Below the pieces are notes generated by a model. The model made no database searches, was not told the DNA's origin, and worked only from the letters and a program-made list of their open reading frames with translations. A stretch of DNA of 64,000 nucleotides from Ascidiella aspersa. Its lineage: Eukaryota. Location of the stretch: the NCBI GenBank assembly GCA_963924565.1, contig OZ004611.1, positions 26,598,001 to 26,662,000 on the forward strand, in the 5' to 3' direction. This document shows, in pieces, positions 26,814 through 40,100 of the stretch. How positions within the stretch are numbered: the first letter of the stretch is position 1; each line of letters begins with the position of its first letter. The position numbers and the translations under genes are program-made.

Positions 26814-29800
26814 ATGACAGGGTGTATAATTTTGACTGTGTTTGCCTTATTTGCTGTTTCATCGTTTTATGACGGTAAGTGTATAGTAGTACTTCAATTT
26901 TATCAAAACTCCAGCAATTTTAAACGAAAGGTACGATCGCCGAACAAAATTCAATTGCTTTGCAAAATTCAATTGCTTTGGTTTTTATCAATTGCTTTGG
27001 AAATTTAATTATAGATTGTAACATTTGGTTTTAAGCGGTGTTCTATAAAGTCAATAACTTGTTTTATGCGCCCCTAAATCACTATTTGTAAATAAATAGA
27101 CTTAAATATTTCGGACAAACGACTTGATTCGGACTTAAATGTGTTTGATTAATACTTTTTGGTGAAATTGCTTAACTTACCCATATTTCGTTCTGTAAAA
27201 TAAGTTTTCCGTCAATACGTTACGTTTTGTGGTTGATTAACTAAAATTCATTCAGGATCGGTTGTATTTTAATATTAGCCACTTGACTTACTAGGATAGT
27301 GGCTTGTCTGGGAATTGACTAATATTTTTTCGCAATTGACTTGAGTTGGACCTCGGGTCTGTCTTTTTAAAAATGGTTTCAAAATGAATTTTTACAACGC
27401 TGGTTTGAAGATGAGCTTGTTGGTGCCCAAATAATATTAAGATTTTTAGTCCAATGGTTCTCAATATGGGGTTCGTTGTTCTTGAGTTTTAGGCGTAGGG
27501 CTACTTAGAACTTTCCTAGAAGACTTTTATTAAAAAATTATTGGACTGCTGATAATTTTATTTTTAGTTTGGTAGTTATTCTACTACCACATTGTTTGGT
27601 TTCATCTAACAATAATCAGCTTTTTAGGTTTTGACAGAAAAATATTGAACCCTCGTTTAATCAATTGTTTACAATTTACATAGAAACAGAAATCAATTTT
27701 TCCCCAATTTTTTGAACAGGAGTTCGCGGATTGAATTTGACAGAAGCAGTTGCTTCAACTACCAACACCAGTCTTTCAAAGCCCAACGTAACTCAGAAAC
27801 CAGCACAGCATGACGCCTGCTACTATTTCAATCCCTGTTTGAACCAGGGAAAATGCATTTCAGAAAACTCGGTCAGGTGTGTGGCCGAAAAAAAATTAAC
27901 ATTCGCAGTATTTTTTAAGGCAACAAGTTGTGAGACAGGCTTTAAAACTTTTGTGCAACTCTCCCGGAATATGTTTTGTATATCGGCCTATAGGTGTAGA
28001 AAAGATAGCAAATACAATAATGAGATTTTATCAACAACAATAAACTCAAGTTGTAGTTAATTACTTCTAATAAATCCAACCAAATACAGAACACATCTAT
28101 AGGCTTTTGTTCGGAAGTTAAGACCCATCATACAAACTTATGTGCAACATTTTAAGTAGCCACCATACTTTAGGTTAAAAGGTGATGTTATACTTTTATG
28201 TTTTCAAACCAAAAAAATGCGCATGTAGGTAAAATAACTTTTACGTTTTTATTTTTACAAATTTAAAATATTTTGAAATCACTTATTTACCCAGTGGAAA
28301 TTGTAGTCTGATTTTAAGAGAGACGACAATACAACATACATTTCAGTTTGAAAGCGAACCATCAACAAACTTAAATTCTGCAAAACGGAAGTAACGAACG
28401 GCGTAACAAAAACGAAAGTTTGTTGACAATTCAACAAGTTCGCCTTTGTGGTTTTCTTTCTGAATATTTTTGTTTCTAAGATATCACGCTGTGTGTACAA
28501 ACACCAGCGAAGCTTTAGCGACTCTCTTCACTTAACCGTTGGTAAGATTTACGTGAACAAAACACGAAAATGGCAAAAGCATGAATGACACGGTAATTTT
28601 TAACAGACAAAGCGAATTAGTAGATCAATAAAGGTTTTTAAGCAAGCCAGGCTAGAATAAGAGTAGCCTGCGGTAAGGTGTGACCTACTACCGGGACCGC
28701 CGACCTACATAATAGAAACAACCATAACACCATTGCTTGCATCCTATAAGAAAAAAACAAAATAATAGTTTTTAGAGATCTACAGTTCCAAGTGTACAGG
28801 TATGTGTATAAATCTTTCATCAGCCCAAAAGGTTTCGATTAGTCGAGAAATTTTCTGACAAAATAACAGGACAGAACTTAAAACTACCTGATGCCAAGTG
28901 GTAGTATCGGTAATCGTTTTTATACCACGGTGGTTTCAGCTGCGATCCGATATCAAATGGATATAACAATTTAAGCCATATTTAGAAATTTAATACACCT
29001 TAAAGATAAAAGTAAAAAAAAAATAGCTTTGCAAGTTTCTACTTCATATATTTTACTTCTTTGGGCATAGTAATGACGTAATTTGGTATCAGATCGCAGT
29101 AAATGTTATCCAAAACATCGGGTATTGGTCTCCGAATTAAATATCAAGTCGAACACCCCTAAAGTCAGGGACGCCGGAGCGATTTCAGGGCAAGGGGGGG
29201 GGCGACTTTTTTGGTAAGGGCAACATAGACCGCAGGCGAGCGTAGCGAGCCGAAATATTGGGGGGTCCGGGGGTGCTCCCCGGACCGCAAAAATTCGCTT
29301 CTCTCCGTATGCTCTGACGCGGCGTGCATTGACATACGTAAGCGCTCGTCGGCGTCGCGTCGGAAGGCGCATACGACACGATAACGACGGCGGTGTGCAC
29401 TGGGCTTAATTGACTTAAAAAAGTTAAGTTATGCCATAGGCGTTGTCAGGATGTCTGTCTGAAGAACTTGGCAAAAAACGAAAATACCCATAAACAGTAA
29501 CATTTTATTTTTTTCTGAAAGTTTGGATTAGGGGTCTAGGCCCCCACTTGGCTACACGCATTTTTTTATAAGAAAACCTCTATAAGAAACTGAGTACTCG
29601 GATTTCTCGAAAAGAACAATAGATTATTTTGTTCTATTGTTCTCTTAAACAATAGAAAATTTAAGAAACTTTTAGTACTCGGCTTGAGCCAAGTTTCTTA
29701 TAAAAAAATGCGTGTACAATACTGCTTTATGATTTCCGTCGCATAATATTTAACGTTGTGAAAGCAATATATCATTTTTCATGTAAAGGGCACTTTTGCC

Positions 29801-32800
29801 CCCCCTTGCCCCCCTTAGCAAAGGGCAGGAGGAGCGCTTGCCCCCCCCCCCCCCCCCGCGCCCCTCCTCTCCGGCGTCCCTGCCTAAAGTCACAAGCAAT
29901 GCAATTGAACCTACAACAACCAATCGATCTCATTTTATCGCAGCCGATCCTGTGCATGCGCCCCAGGGTACAAGGGCTCCCGCTGTCAATTCGTCGATTT
30001 CTGTGACGGAAAATCTTGTGGAGAGCACGGCGAATGTGTGTATGACAACACCGGGTACAAATGCAATTGTCGCGGCGGTGAGTTTGGCTTATTGCGGACG
30101 GATTTTTACTTTGTAGAAGGCGACAAAACCAAGTTGTCACGGAAATTAAAAAATGTCGATAGCTTAATTCCTTACCAATGTATTTACATAGGAATAGTGA
30201 CTATAATCTTAGGCGATTACGGTGCTACAAAAAGTGATAAAAGGGTAAATATTGACTCGCGACTCGACTGAGTTAGTTTGTTTTCCTGGAGTCGGACTCG
30301 GGAATCGAGTAAGAACACGTAAAACTACCAGAGCCCTAAGTCCAAATCGCGCATGCGAATAAGCAAATTTAAAAAATAATATTGTCGCCAACAAATTGTA
30401 AAGGCGAAATAGCATAGGGTGGATATTTTCGAACCATTCATTGTGAGGGGACGAAATATGACATCCCTATGAGTGAATTGCTGAATATCCACCGTATTTA
30501 TAGTTACGTAAATTGGCGGAGTACAGGCTGTAAAGTCAGAGTCGGACTCGGGACTCTACAAAGGTTTTTTAACAACTATCAATGGCTAATACTAAATCCC
30601 ACAAACATGAGTTACTTTTATATCCCAGAGCAAAAGTACTCGTATTCGAGATTTATGGAAGAGATCAAGTAAAGCTTTGTACCATACATTTAGTTTTGAG
30701 AGCTACATATACATATATTAGCTATATATATCTTGAGTTGCCTGTGGTAAGTTTCTCCATTTTACTTAATAGCTTAGGAAAATTCGGGTATTCTCGCTAA
30801 AAACCTAAAAGCTATGTAGAATGACACACTGAATGTGTAAAATACGAAGCTCCTCGCCCGTAAATGGCGACAATGACTTCATATGGGAGCAAATATTTGC
30901 CTTATTTTGTGGCGAAATACATTTCTCTTTAAAGTGACTAGAAATTATTAATGAACGACTTTGACTAAGACTGGAAGGTCTAAAAGATATCAGCTATATA
31001 GAGTTCATTATTTTTGCAGATTATGTCGGCAAGCAGTGTGATGTGGTCGACCCTTGTCTGGTAACTAAATGTCTCAATGGAGGTGTTTGTAAGGTTGACT
31101 CGACCAAGGCGAAATGTGAATGCCCGGATTTGTATGTGGGAAAGCATTGCGAGATACAATGCCGACCAACCACTGTAAGTATCGCCTTGTGGACATAGAG
31201 GACTACTACTGATAAGGTTTTTACCAGGGATTTTTAAACTGGGGTATGTGAAGGGTTAGCGAAGTGGGCCGAAACACTCAAAGGGAGAAATTTTTTTTCA
31301 TTCATTTAATATCAAACTGATTTAGACAGACATTTTTTTGCTCGGTTTTGCCGTTACAGACACACATTATTTTATTCCCATTTCCTAATCTATTTTTCTC
31401 AACGATATTAACCTTATTTTTGCCTTTTTTTTCAGTTACAGTGGCCTGAATGTGTCGGGATACTTATTCCGCACTCAGTATACAGTGTTATCGTGGTGCA
31501 ACTGCACCGCGCCGTCGCAAACTATATTTTCGTCAATTTTCGCTTCGCGCAATGTTGATTTCCGTTCTTAGAAAATATTTAAGCCCAAAGCGCCGTAAAA
31601 ACTTTGGTTTCCATAACTCACATTACTACAATTCATAATTGTTACATATAAAGCAACTTTATTGCGCTATAAATGGCGATTTACCTAATTACATTGAAAA
31701 GCATAGTTTTAAATAACTTTTGCATAATTTGCCAATTTTAGAAACTGAGTGGCTTTTCGCACTATTTGTGTGATGTTTCTAATGTTCATCATTGCGCCCA
31801 CTAAACAAATTACCCGGAGAGGGGGCGGGTTTCGATATGTTGTGACGAGGGTAAAAAACTAAAACAAAAAAATCTCATCCGCCCAGTGTTTTTTTAAGGT
31901 GTTTTTTCAAATTTCTCCAGCGGTTTCCCAAAATCTGGACTTTAAGCAAATAGACCCTGCATCCGCCTATAGTTACTTCACGGGGTATAATTTTTTTTTG
32001 TCTTAATTTAAACGTAATTACGACTGGGCAGAATGAATAACGTTTTCTTTTTCAGACTTGTTACAACCGCGGAACAGGATGCGTAATACGTTCTAATCTA
32101 ACAATCGATTGTGAATGCAACTACAACCTTCCACGTGGAAAATCCACATGTGTGATGGAAGATGGTGAGTTAAAAGACTATTCTCGTTTTAATTATTCGA
32201 AAACCACAACAAATAAATGGTGAATATTTCAATATAAACTGCAAAGATAGTGGGCGGCCATTTGTTTTATTATACAGCAGTGATTTGTGTTGGGTATATA
32301 TAATCGTTGTTTGAAAATATATACCAGGCCTATGCTATTTATATTGCAAAATACTAGCTGTTAGTTAGATTATTAAAAGGACATTGTTTTACAGGCACAC
32401 GACGTGAATATTTGCACAGTTTGAAAATATAAATATGCACAAATTTAAACAAAATATTTTGTATTTTACAACAAGACGATGGGCTGCAAAGGAAGCAATT
32501 ATTGAAAAGCACTGGCTATTACCTTGTTTTTTAAAATAATTGTCCAACAGTGCGTTTGGGTGTTGATGGGTGGTGTCCTGGTATAAACTCATCGATTTTA
32601 AAGAATCTTTGTAAATGTCCGTGTTGGTCTAACTCTAAATAAGGCAATCAGGTGGCCCTTTATACTAAAACAATGTATAAAAGTTTTTCTACTTTGACCT
32701 GATGAAGCACGGTTGTGCGAAAGCTTGTCGAGAATTTAAACAATTTGTCTTCATATAGTGCCACCTGGTTACCCTGTGTTTCGTTTTTCATCATTGGTTT

Positions 32801-35800
32801 AATATGTTTTTAATTTGTTTTTAATAGAACTGGAAAACGAATGCGAAACCTTAGGGAATCCGTGTAACGGAGGAACCTGCATCGATTTGCGAAAAGGATT
32901 CAAGTGTCGTTGTTATGGCTCAAGAAGTGGTCCCAGATGCAAGATACACAACCCATGTCGTGGATTAAGACCTGTACTTAAATTAATGAAATAAAAAGCT
33001 ATTGTAGGACAAGAACTGTGTATCAAAATAGAACACACAATTGGATCAATAAACCAGATTTACTGTAATTAAATGGAAAAGGGCATGGAGCGATTGGGGG
33101 CTGATGTCTTTGTTTTGTTATGGTGAAGTTTTTCGTTGAATTGGGTTTAGAATTAGGTTGGACGTTGTTTAAATTGTATTGTGGTGCTTGAGGTGTTATT
33201 CTGACAGGTATAGATCTTATTCCAACATATACTTGTCAATTTATTTTAAGCCCTATTCTGGAAGTAGTTTTAATTCGACATTGCCGTGAGTATTTTTAAA
33301 GGTATAAAAGGCCGCGAATGTGATAGGAACGATTTTAAGAGCAACCCACTAAGTTAGGAGATTTTATGTAAGCGATAAAAACGATCAACAGGCCGACTGT
33401 ATATAAGTTTGTCGCATAATGTCCTTCGTCTTTTTTTAGGCGTGCAGTAATCATGGCACTTGCAGTAGAGTCAGCAACCACGAGTACCGCTGCACTTGCA
33501 ACTTCGGTTACGACGGAAAAGACTGCCAATACAGAAATCGGGACACCACTGCAGCAGGTTTTCCGAAAACGCATTTGTTTTAATGTGCAGACATAATTTA
33601 ATGAACTAAAAAGTGCATGTTTCAGGATTCAACCAGGGGTGGACCTATAGGTTTTTGTTTTGGAGGGAAATTAAAGTTTTCAGAGATGACGACACAGCGT
33701 ACGTCAGTGGTCGGCAAACTTTATTGTTGAGGCCCAAAATACTTTTTCCAGGCTATTAAAGGCCCACTAGAAAAACAGGGGAGAATCCAGGATTATTTGG
33801 GGGGTTGGAATGCAAGATTTTAGAAAATCGTCACAAAGTTATGTCATAAAAATTTACCTTTAAACCACCAGCTGACTTGAGCAAACTCGTGCGCAAATAT
33901 GCAGCTAAAGCATAGTGTAATCTTTGGTATTTTCATACTTAAAATTGGCTGATATTATAGTTTAGAGCAATGCTCCGCAACGGGCGTGCCGCGACGTTCC
34001 CGGTGGTGTTTTCTTGCGTTTTTTGCGGTGGTTTTCTGCGTTTGTTATTGTAGTTTGGGCAGTATAATTAAACAAAAATGGTATATTAAGGTAGGCATTC
34101 TAACCGTATAGAATAATCAGGTGTAGGCCTAACTTAGAAACTTTCCTTAATTTAAAACTAAATCCTTTGTTATGTCAATCGCCGGAAGTCGAATTGAAAA
34201 CAGTTTTTTAACTCACTCAACTAACAGGAGTATAAATATACAGCAATTGTTTTCTAGTCACAATAGAAAAAGATCTAAAATCGTCTACCTAAACATGTCG
34301 AAATTTGTACATGGGCAATTAGGCCTATAATTGGACATTCATGGGAATTTGGCCTATAAATATACAACATAGTCTAAAAATGTAATAGAGGGCTATTGGA
34401 TGATCAGGGTTTATCAATCTGGCATTGGATGTTTTGGTATCGACGTTTTGGCGCTTTTAAGAGGTTATGGCGTCGTTGGCGCGTCGCTGTTTAAGCATCG
34501 GGTCGTTTTCCCTGTTTGGGGTTAGAGGTGGATAGCTTCATGGTTGGGGTTAGAAAATAAGTTAGGGTTGGAATTATTAGAAAGATAGTGATGAATTTAA
34601 GGGTGGGGTTTGAGGTTAGGTAAAATGTTGTTATAGGCCTTGTTCTAGACGTTTAGGTCTTATTCAGATCGGTTTAGATTTAGAACGTATTGTGATTTAG
34701 ACGTTATTACGACTATGAAATATTAGTCCTATTTTGGTCTTATTCCGAAATGTGTTTTATTTTGACGTTGATGTTGTTTCAATTTCGGTCTTATGGCTGA
34801 AGTTCCTTTAGTCGTCTTAAGATATTTTAGGAAGATCGTGAAATAAGAAGATAAGATAGCTTAAAACGTCTAATTGTTTGCGCCTTCGACACGTGTAATC
34901 ATAAATTGCTCATTTTTATCTAGGTAGCCTAGGATATTTGCATACGTGGTTTATTGTCGATGGACATATATTTCGTAGCAGTGCCGCCGAATTTTTTAGC
35001 ACTGTCGTTGTGCTGCAAGTTAAAAAAGGTGCCCAGCACTGGTTTAGAAGGGCCATTGTCTTTGAGACCCTGTCACTGCAGGCTAGTTTTTTCTAACCTG
35101 CCTTGCTTTAATTTTCACAGACTGTTGATATTTTCTACAGCTTACCGCTCACATTTTCAGGTCCTCCTTGCAGAGCGTTTTGTACCTCGACCGGCATGCG
35201 GGTGACATGTTATGCAGGCAAGCTACCAACCGTTGTGCGTTCCGCGACGCTTCACGCAAGGATTGCAGAACCGCGCTCCAATTGCACGTGCACCTTTCCG
35301 CCGGAGATCGAGAGCTACCGGGTTCGCGCATCAAGGTATTCCTCGGATAGTCGATGGGATAGCTCTTGGGGCTACTACCGATTGAAGAAAAGAGAAAAAC
35401 AATGCGTCCTGCCGTTTAGTGAATGCGGAACAAAGATGCAGGTATGATCAACGAAGCGTTATCGAATATAACAAAAAATACAGCTATGTTCATTTTCTCT
35501 TTCTCTCTTCTATTCTTTTTCTCGTCTTCGTCTCTTTTTTACCTTATCGCTCTTCTCTTTCTCTCTCTCTTTCTCTTTTTTCCGTTTGGTCAGCCAATAT
35601 GAGTTTAATGACCTTCCTTTTTACATGATATTAAATCACCTTATAGTTTGTACTTGTTACTGGATGATTTACCTTTACAAAAATATTTAACAACGACAGG
35701 TCAAAAGTGGAGAAATCGTTTACCACAATGTCTTGTCATTGCACGAATTCGCATTGAAGCAACGTACACCGGACACATGGGAGCAAGATAGCCTTATAAC

Positions 35801-38631
35801 AAGAAAGCGACCAAAATTTGAGGTAGGAGTCTGGGAATTTATGTAGATTCAAGCAAAAGAAGTAATTGTGGATGCTAACTTTATTTATATATTTAATTCG
35901 TGATCCGCGTTACAATTTCATAAATTGACCCGCCATTCCTATATGTTCCACGCCCCTGATTTAAATGACACTTTGTGGTTAATGCTACACTCGGTGAGTT
36001 TCATATTTGAGTGACCAGCCATCATTCAAATTCTTGCAATAGTATTTTTTTCGTTTCAAGACCGGTATAAAGTGTATAATGCTTTCGAATGTACGAATTT
36101 TGTAAAAGACACCTAAGATAATATTTTATGTGATTAAAATTTTTGTTGATTGTTTTGAATGATACCAAAGATCCAAGTGGAGTGCAAAGTTCTTACTCAT
36201 CTGAAAAGTTGGTGGAATCAAATTGACAACAAGGATATGGAGACAACAAACAACACAGAGATATTTGCCAATTCTTCAGTTGGAAACTTTTCAATGGTCA
36301 CCAAATATTTCAGGTAAAGTAATAAACGTTTAATAAGCGCAAAAAACCTCAGCGCTGCGTTATATCCTTTTCGCTTATCAAATGATGTTATCACAACTGG
36401 AGGCTATCGAGGTTACTGCAATTAACCAAATGAATAACGATGATTATGCTACCTGATTCCAATAATAGTAATTTGTTAATGTCTAGCAGCAAACCTTAAG
36501 CATGCGCAAAGTGTTTGTTGTAGCTTACTTAAACGTATGCTTTTTAATTTTTTTGGTATACTTTTCATGTGTCTACAGAAGTATGTTCATTTAAAATTTA
36601 CTGTGAGTTAAATTCGCTGTAAAAAGCAAATTGAACCTAAACTAATATTTTGTAAGTGCTATGCTGTTGAGTGCTTCGGATGTAGGCTACATGTAGAAAA
36701 CTTAAAATACATTTCAACAAAAATAGATTTGCAGAATAAACCGAAACTTTTCAAAGGTCACAAAATATTTCAGGTAAAGTAGTAAGCTTTTAAGATCATG
36801 TGCAAAGAAAACCTAAGCGAAAGCTGTCTGTACATCATTTGCTTATCGAATGCTGTTATCATAATTGGAGGCTATCTAGGGTTACTGTAATTAACTTTGT
36901 AATGAATAACGTTGATCATGTTTGCCAGGTTGAATTCAACAAGTAAAATCCTGCAGCCGATAACAGATTTCCTTATTGGTGAAAGAATCTATGTGCTGGT
37001 AAGTTTTAAACACGTGTTGTGTTTTTTATTTTGTAAGCGATAACAAAATATTACAAAACTGCCAAAAAAAAATTATGAACGAGTCCCTTGTTAAAGGACA
37101 AGTTACTTTGAAAATTAAATTTTCATATTTCTTGTAACACCCCAAAAAAACTAACCATTGGCTGTCCATTTAGTAGTGGTAAAAGTATTTGTAGATGAAC
37201 TCTGGTTGCGCGCAAATAATTTTGATCATTTGTTTTGTTTAAAAACTCTTTTTGATACTGTATTAAAGAATTCCCAAAATGCAAAACCAATATGGAGTAT
37301 AGTTACTCTTTAAAAACTGTCTGGTTACATCGTTTGCATTCAAACCAAAAAAGATGGATCCTTCTCGCAATATTACCTTTAACAAAACGAGCCCACGTAA
37401 AGCCTTAAAATTTGGACAACTATTCAATTACAATTCGCTTAAACACCTTCTTATCAAAAACGGCAAAAATCAACTAACCTAAGTAATTTTTTAATGAACC
37501 CTAAAAGTATTAAATTTTTGGGTTGAGAAATACATGGCCGGCCTGTTTTTTTTAGGTGAGAATGTCGTCTGATTACAACAAAAACGCTGAGCTAAAGGGA
37601 CAAGAGCTTACACTCAGGAACTGCTACGCGACAGCATCTAAGAACAAACAGCACGAGCCGCTGTATTATTTGCTCGAAAATGGGTAAATCGAAAACCAGG
37701 CCCAACCACGAGCCAACAGCTTTTAGACTAATAAAATACGAAAACTTTCAGATTAAAAAGTTCGGACGGTTTCCTAACAACGTTCGAACATGAAATAATT
37801 ATTTGTTACTGATAATAGCGTAAAAAAATTATGAAACTTGTTTTAAACGTTAAAATAAATGTACACTTACAAAATGTCATATTTAATAAAGCATTTTATA
37901 GTTTTTATTTGTCACAATAAACATGAGATTATAAATTGCTCTTGTCTCCGATTTGTGAATAATTGTTTTAATTCCAATTTACCGTTTTTAATTCCAACTC
38001 ATGAATAAAAATTAATTTATACAAAATATATAATTCAACGTTGACCCAATGGAACTTGTTTTTTTTTTCAGATGCGTGAAAGACCAAACATTTAGATATG
38101 AGAACGACTTGCTACAGGAACAAAACAACTCTACATTCACTGATTTTGATTTTAAGACTTTGATCAGTTTCGAAGCATTTAGGTTTAAAGACGACTTATC
38201 AAAGGTACAATATCACAATTTCCGTGTAACCTAAAGTATAATAGAAATACATAGCATATCATATCGCACAGTAGTATAATATAATACAGATAGAAATTCA
38301 ATATTGTTTTAAAAGCTTTTAAACCATTATAGATTTATTTGGGTCTCAATCAAGACTTTCTGCTGAAAAATAAACCGAAGGGTCAATAAAGGTACGATGT
38401 GAAAAAAAGATTTTAAACTTAATTTTTCTTTTTGGCGGTATTTAGGTCTTTATTCAGGTCGAAGCCGACATATGTTCCAAGACTTCGAACTGTAATTCCT
38501 GCAATGATGCTAAAGGCTCAGCAAGAAACAAAAGAAATGCTGAGCTTGGGCTTAAAAAGCCTTATGCTGGTGGTTCACATTTTAGCGCCGAAGTTAATGA
38601 AAGAATTGGAGTTGTGGGTTTGATTCAATAA
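26814..38631 (+). CDS. EGF-ZP gene B: signal peptide, 6 EGF-like repeats and ZP module (about 647 aa)
   Basis: Exons 26814-26874, 27720-27876, 29944-30077, 31020-31174, 32056-32164, 32828-32973, 33440-33557, 35161-35441, 35700-35822, 36171-36313, 36929-36998, 37556-37683, 38072-38204, 38446-38631. Same phases as gene A, no internal stops, furin site RNKR. The exon 6 donor (cct|gtactt) is weak and inferred from phase and homology. Confidence 0.85.
29166..29882. mobile_element. hAT-type composite MITE in gene B intron 2
   Basis: TIRs cagggacgccggag / ctccggcgtccctg; TSD cctaaagt (29158-29165 and 29883-29890). The paralogous site in gene C (about 43846-43855) is empty. Confidence 0.85.
29553..29716. 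mobile_element. Small TA-flanked MITE nested in 29166-29882
   Basis: Inverted ends tacacgcatttttttataagaaa / tttcttataaaaaaatgcgtgta. TA termini suggest Tc1/mariner type. Confidence 0.7.
33968..35041. mobile_element. hAT-type element in intron 7 shared by genes B and C
   Basis: Ends caatgctccgcaac / ggtgcccagcactg; flanks gtttagag and gtttagaa (8-bp TSD, 1 mismatch). Paralogous copies start near 47558 (truncated) and 49342. Confidence 0.65.
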
Positions 38632-39804
38632 AATGCTATCCAGTAAAACTAATCCAGAACTATATTTATTCCACTACTATATTCACTGCAATATCATCAG
38701 AAATATCAATTATAAGTTTCATCACAATTTGACTTATCAGAGTTTGTGTTTTTTAAACTGGGCTCTTATTGTTACTGTTAAAAAAAAAGTATACCATTTT
38801 TATAATTCAACGCGTGGCTTTGTGTTATATCGTTATCGAAATTGACGTGTTCTTTGTTATTCTGCGACTGTCGTTACAAAAAGTATAAAAGTAATTTAAT
38901 AATACAAACCATCTCCACAAGTAATTCGATTACTTCGCAAGAAGAAGACAGTGTGCGATTTAGCACAGCATAGGAATACATGTAAATTTTGTTTTCATTT
39001 TAAATTTGGTTGTTTTGATTATTTTGATAACAATAAGAAACAAAGTCAAGTGGACGTAAGGAAGTAAATCATCACGACGATCATTTTAGAAACATGAATT
39101 TCTAAATTATATAAAAGCAAACTATGAGAGGGCGACTTCTGAGAAAAACATAAGATACCTACGCGAGAAGGACCTAAAAGACAAAAAATATAACTTAAGC
39201 ATATAACATGCAAGAAGAACCCACTTTAAATATATTTTGTTAAAAAGAATGGTCTCAGCATCACAGACTGTTTATATTAACTTAACATTTTTTTCATATA
39301 ACATAAATCCCATTTCCAAACCTTTAAACCTTTTCAAAACAACAAAAACATGCGCCCCAAACAAATGTGATTTTTGTATTAGTGTATACCAACGGTCAAA
39401 ACCTTTCATCACAAAAACAGGAAGACAAACGTATTTGTTTTATTCGACGCCTGTTTATCTTCAGTGGAAGTATGTCCCGTAATTCCAATCCAGCCATGCT
39501 GTATTTATAGCTATCACAAAATCATTGCCCTATCATCATAACCATCAATAAAAAGCATCATTACGACTTTACTTATTAGAGTTTGTGTCCAGTATACCTG
39601 ACAAAGCTTAGGGGAAAACTAATAGCACCACTTTCATAGATTTAAGTGCGGCGACGTGTTCTTGGGTTATTCGTTGACTGTATGACAACGACATGTCATT
39701 CCGTCACTATATCACCATCACCTTTACGTTATAATAAAATATGAAAAACATCTGAAATTAAATAATTTTAAAGTGTTCAAAGTTGCAGTAAGAAGTTTAC
39801 AATT

Positions 39805-40100
39805 TACAACACCACAGAAATACATGTAAGTTTTGTTTGTAAATTTTTAATTGTAATAAGCAAAAAAGGCAAGAGTTTTTTTAAATAAACCATCACAGAA
39901 ATACTTGTAAATTTCGTTTGTAAATTTTTAATTGTAATAAGCGAAAAAGTCAAAGGTTTTTTAAGTAAACAATCACAAAATTTAGTTTGCAAATTTTTAA
40001 TTGTTATAAGCGAAATAATCAAAGGTTTTTTAAGTAAACCAACACAGAAATCGTTGTTAATTTTTAAATGTAATAAGCGAAAAAGTTTTCTTAGTTAAAC
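39805..40100. repeat. Minisatellite, about four copies of a 65-80-bp unit
   Basis: Repeated aaac(c)atcacagaaat...aaatttttaattgtaataagcgaaaaa...ggttttttaagt. Confidence 0.8.

Noticed and set aside
34515-34622. TTAGGG-like tract as an interstitial telomere (also at about 49855-49960)
   Set aside because: Highly degenerate and embedded in a transposon relic shared by genes B and C.
38432-38623. ORF-track peptides at 38432 and 54374 as last-exon products
   Set aside because: Wrong frame. The spliced frame starting at 38446 and 54388 is homologous to gene A exon 14.
39805-40100. CRISPR-like repeat array (also considered for 24300-24490)
   Set aside because: Eukaryotic locus, degenerate units, no unique spacers and no cas genes. 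Ordinary minisatellites.
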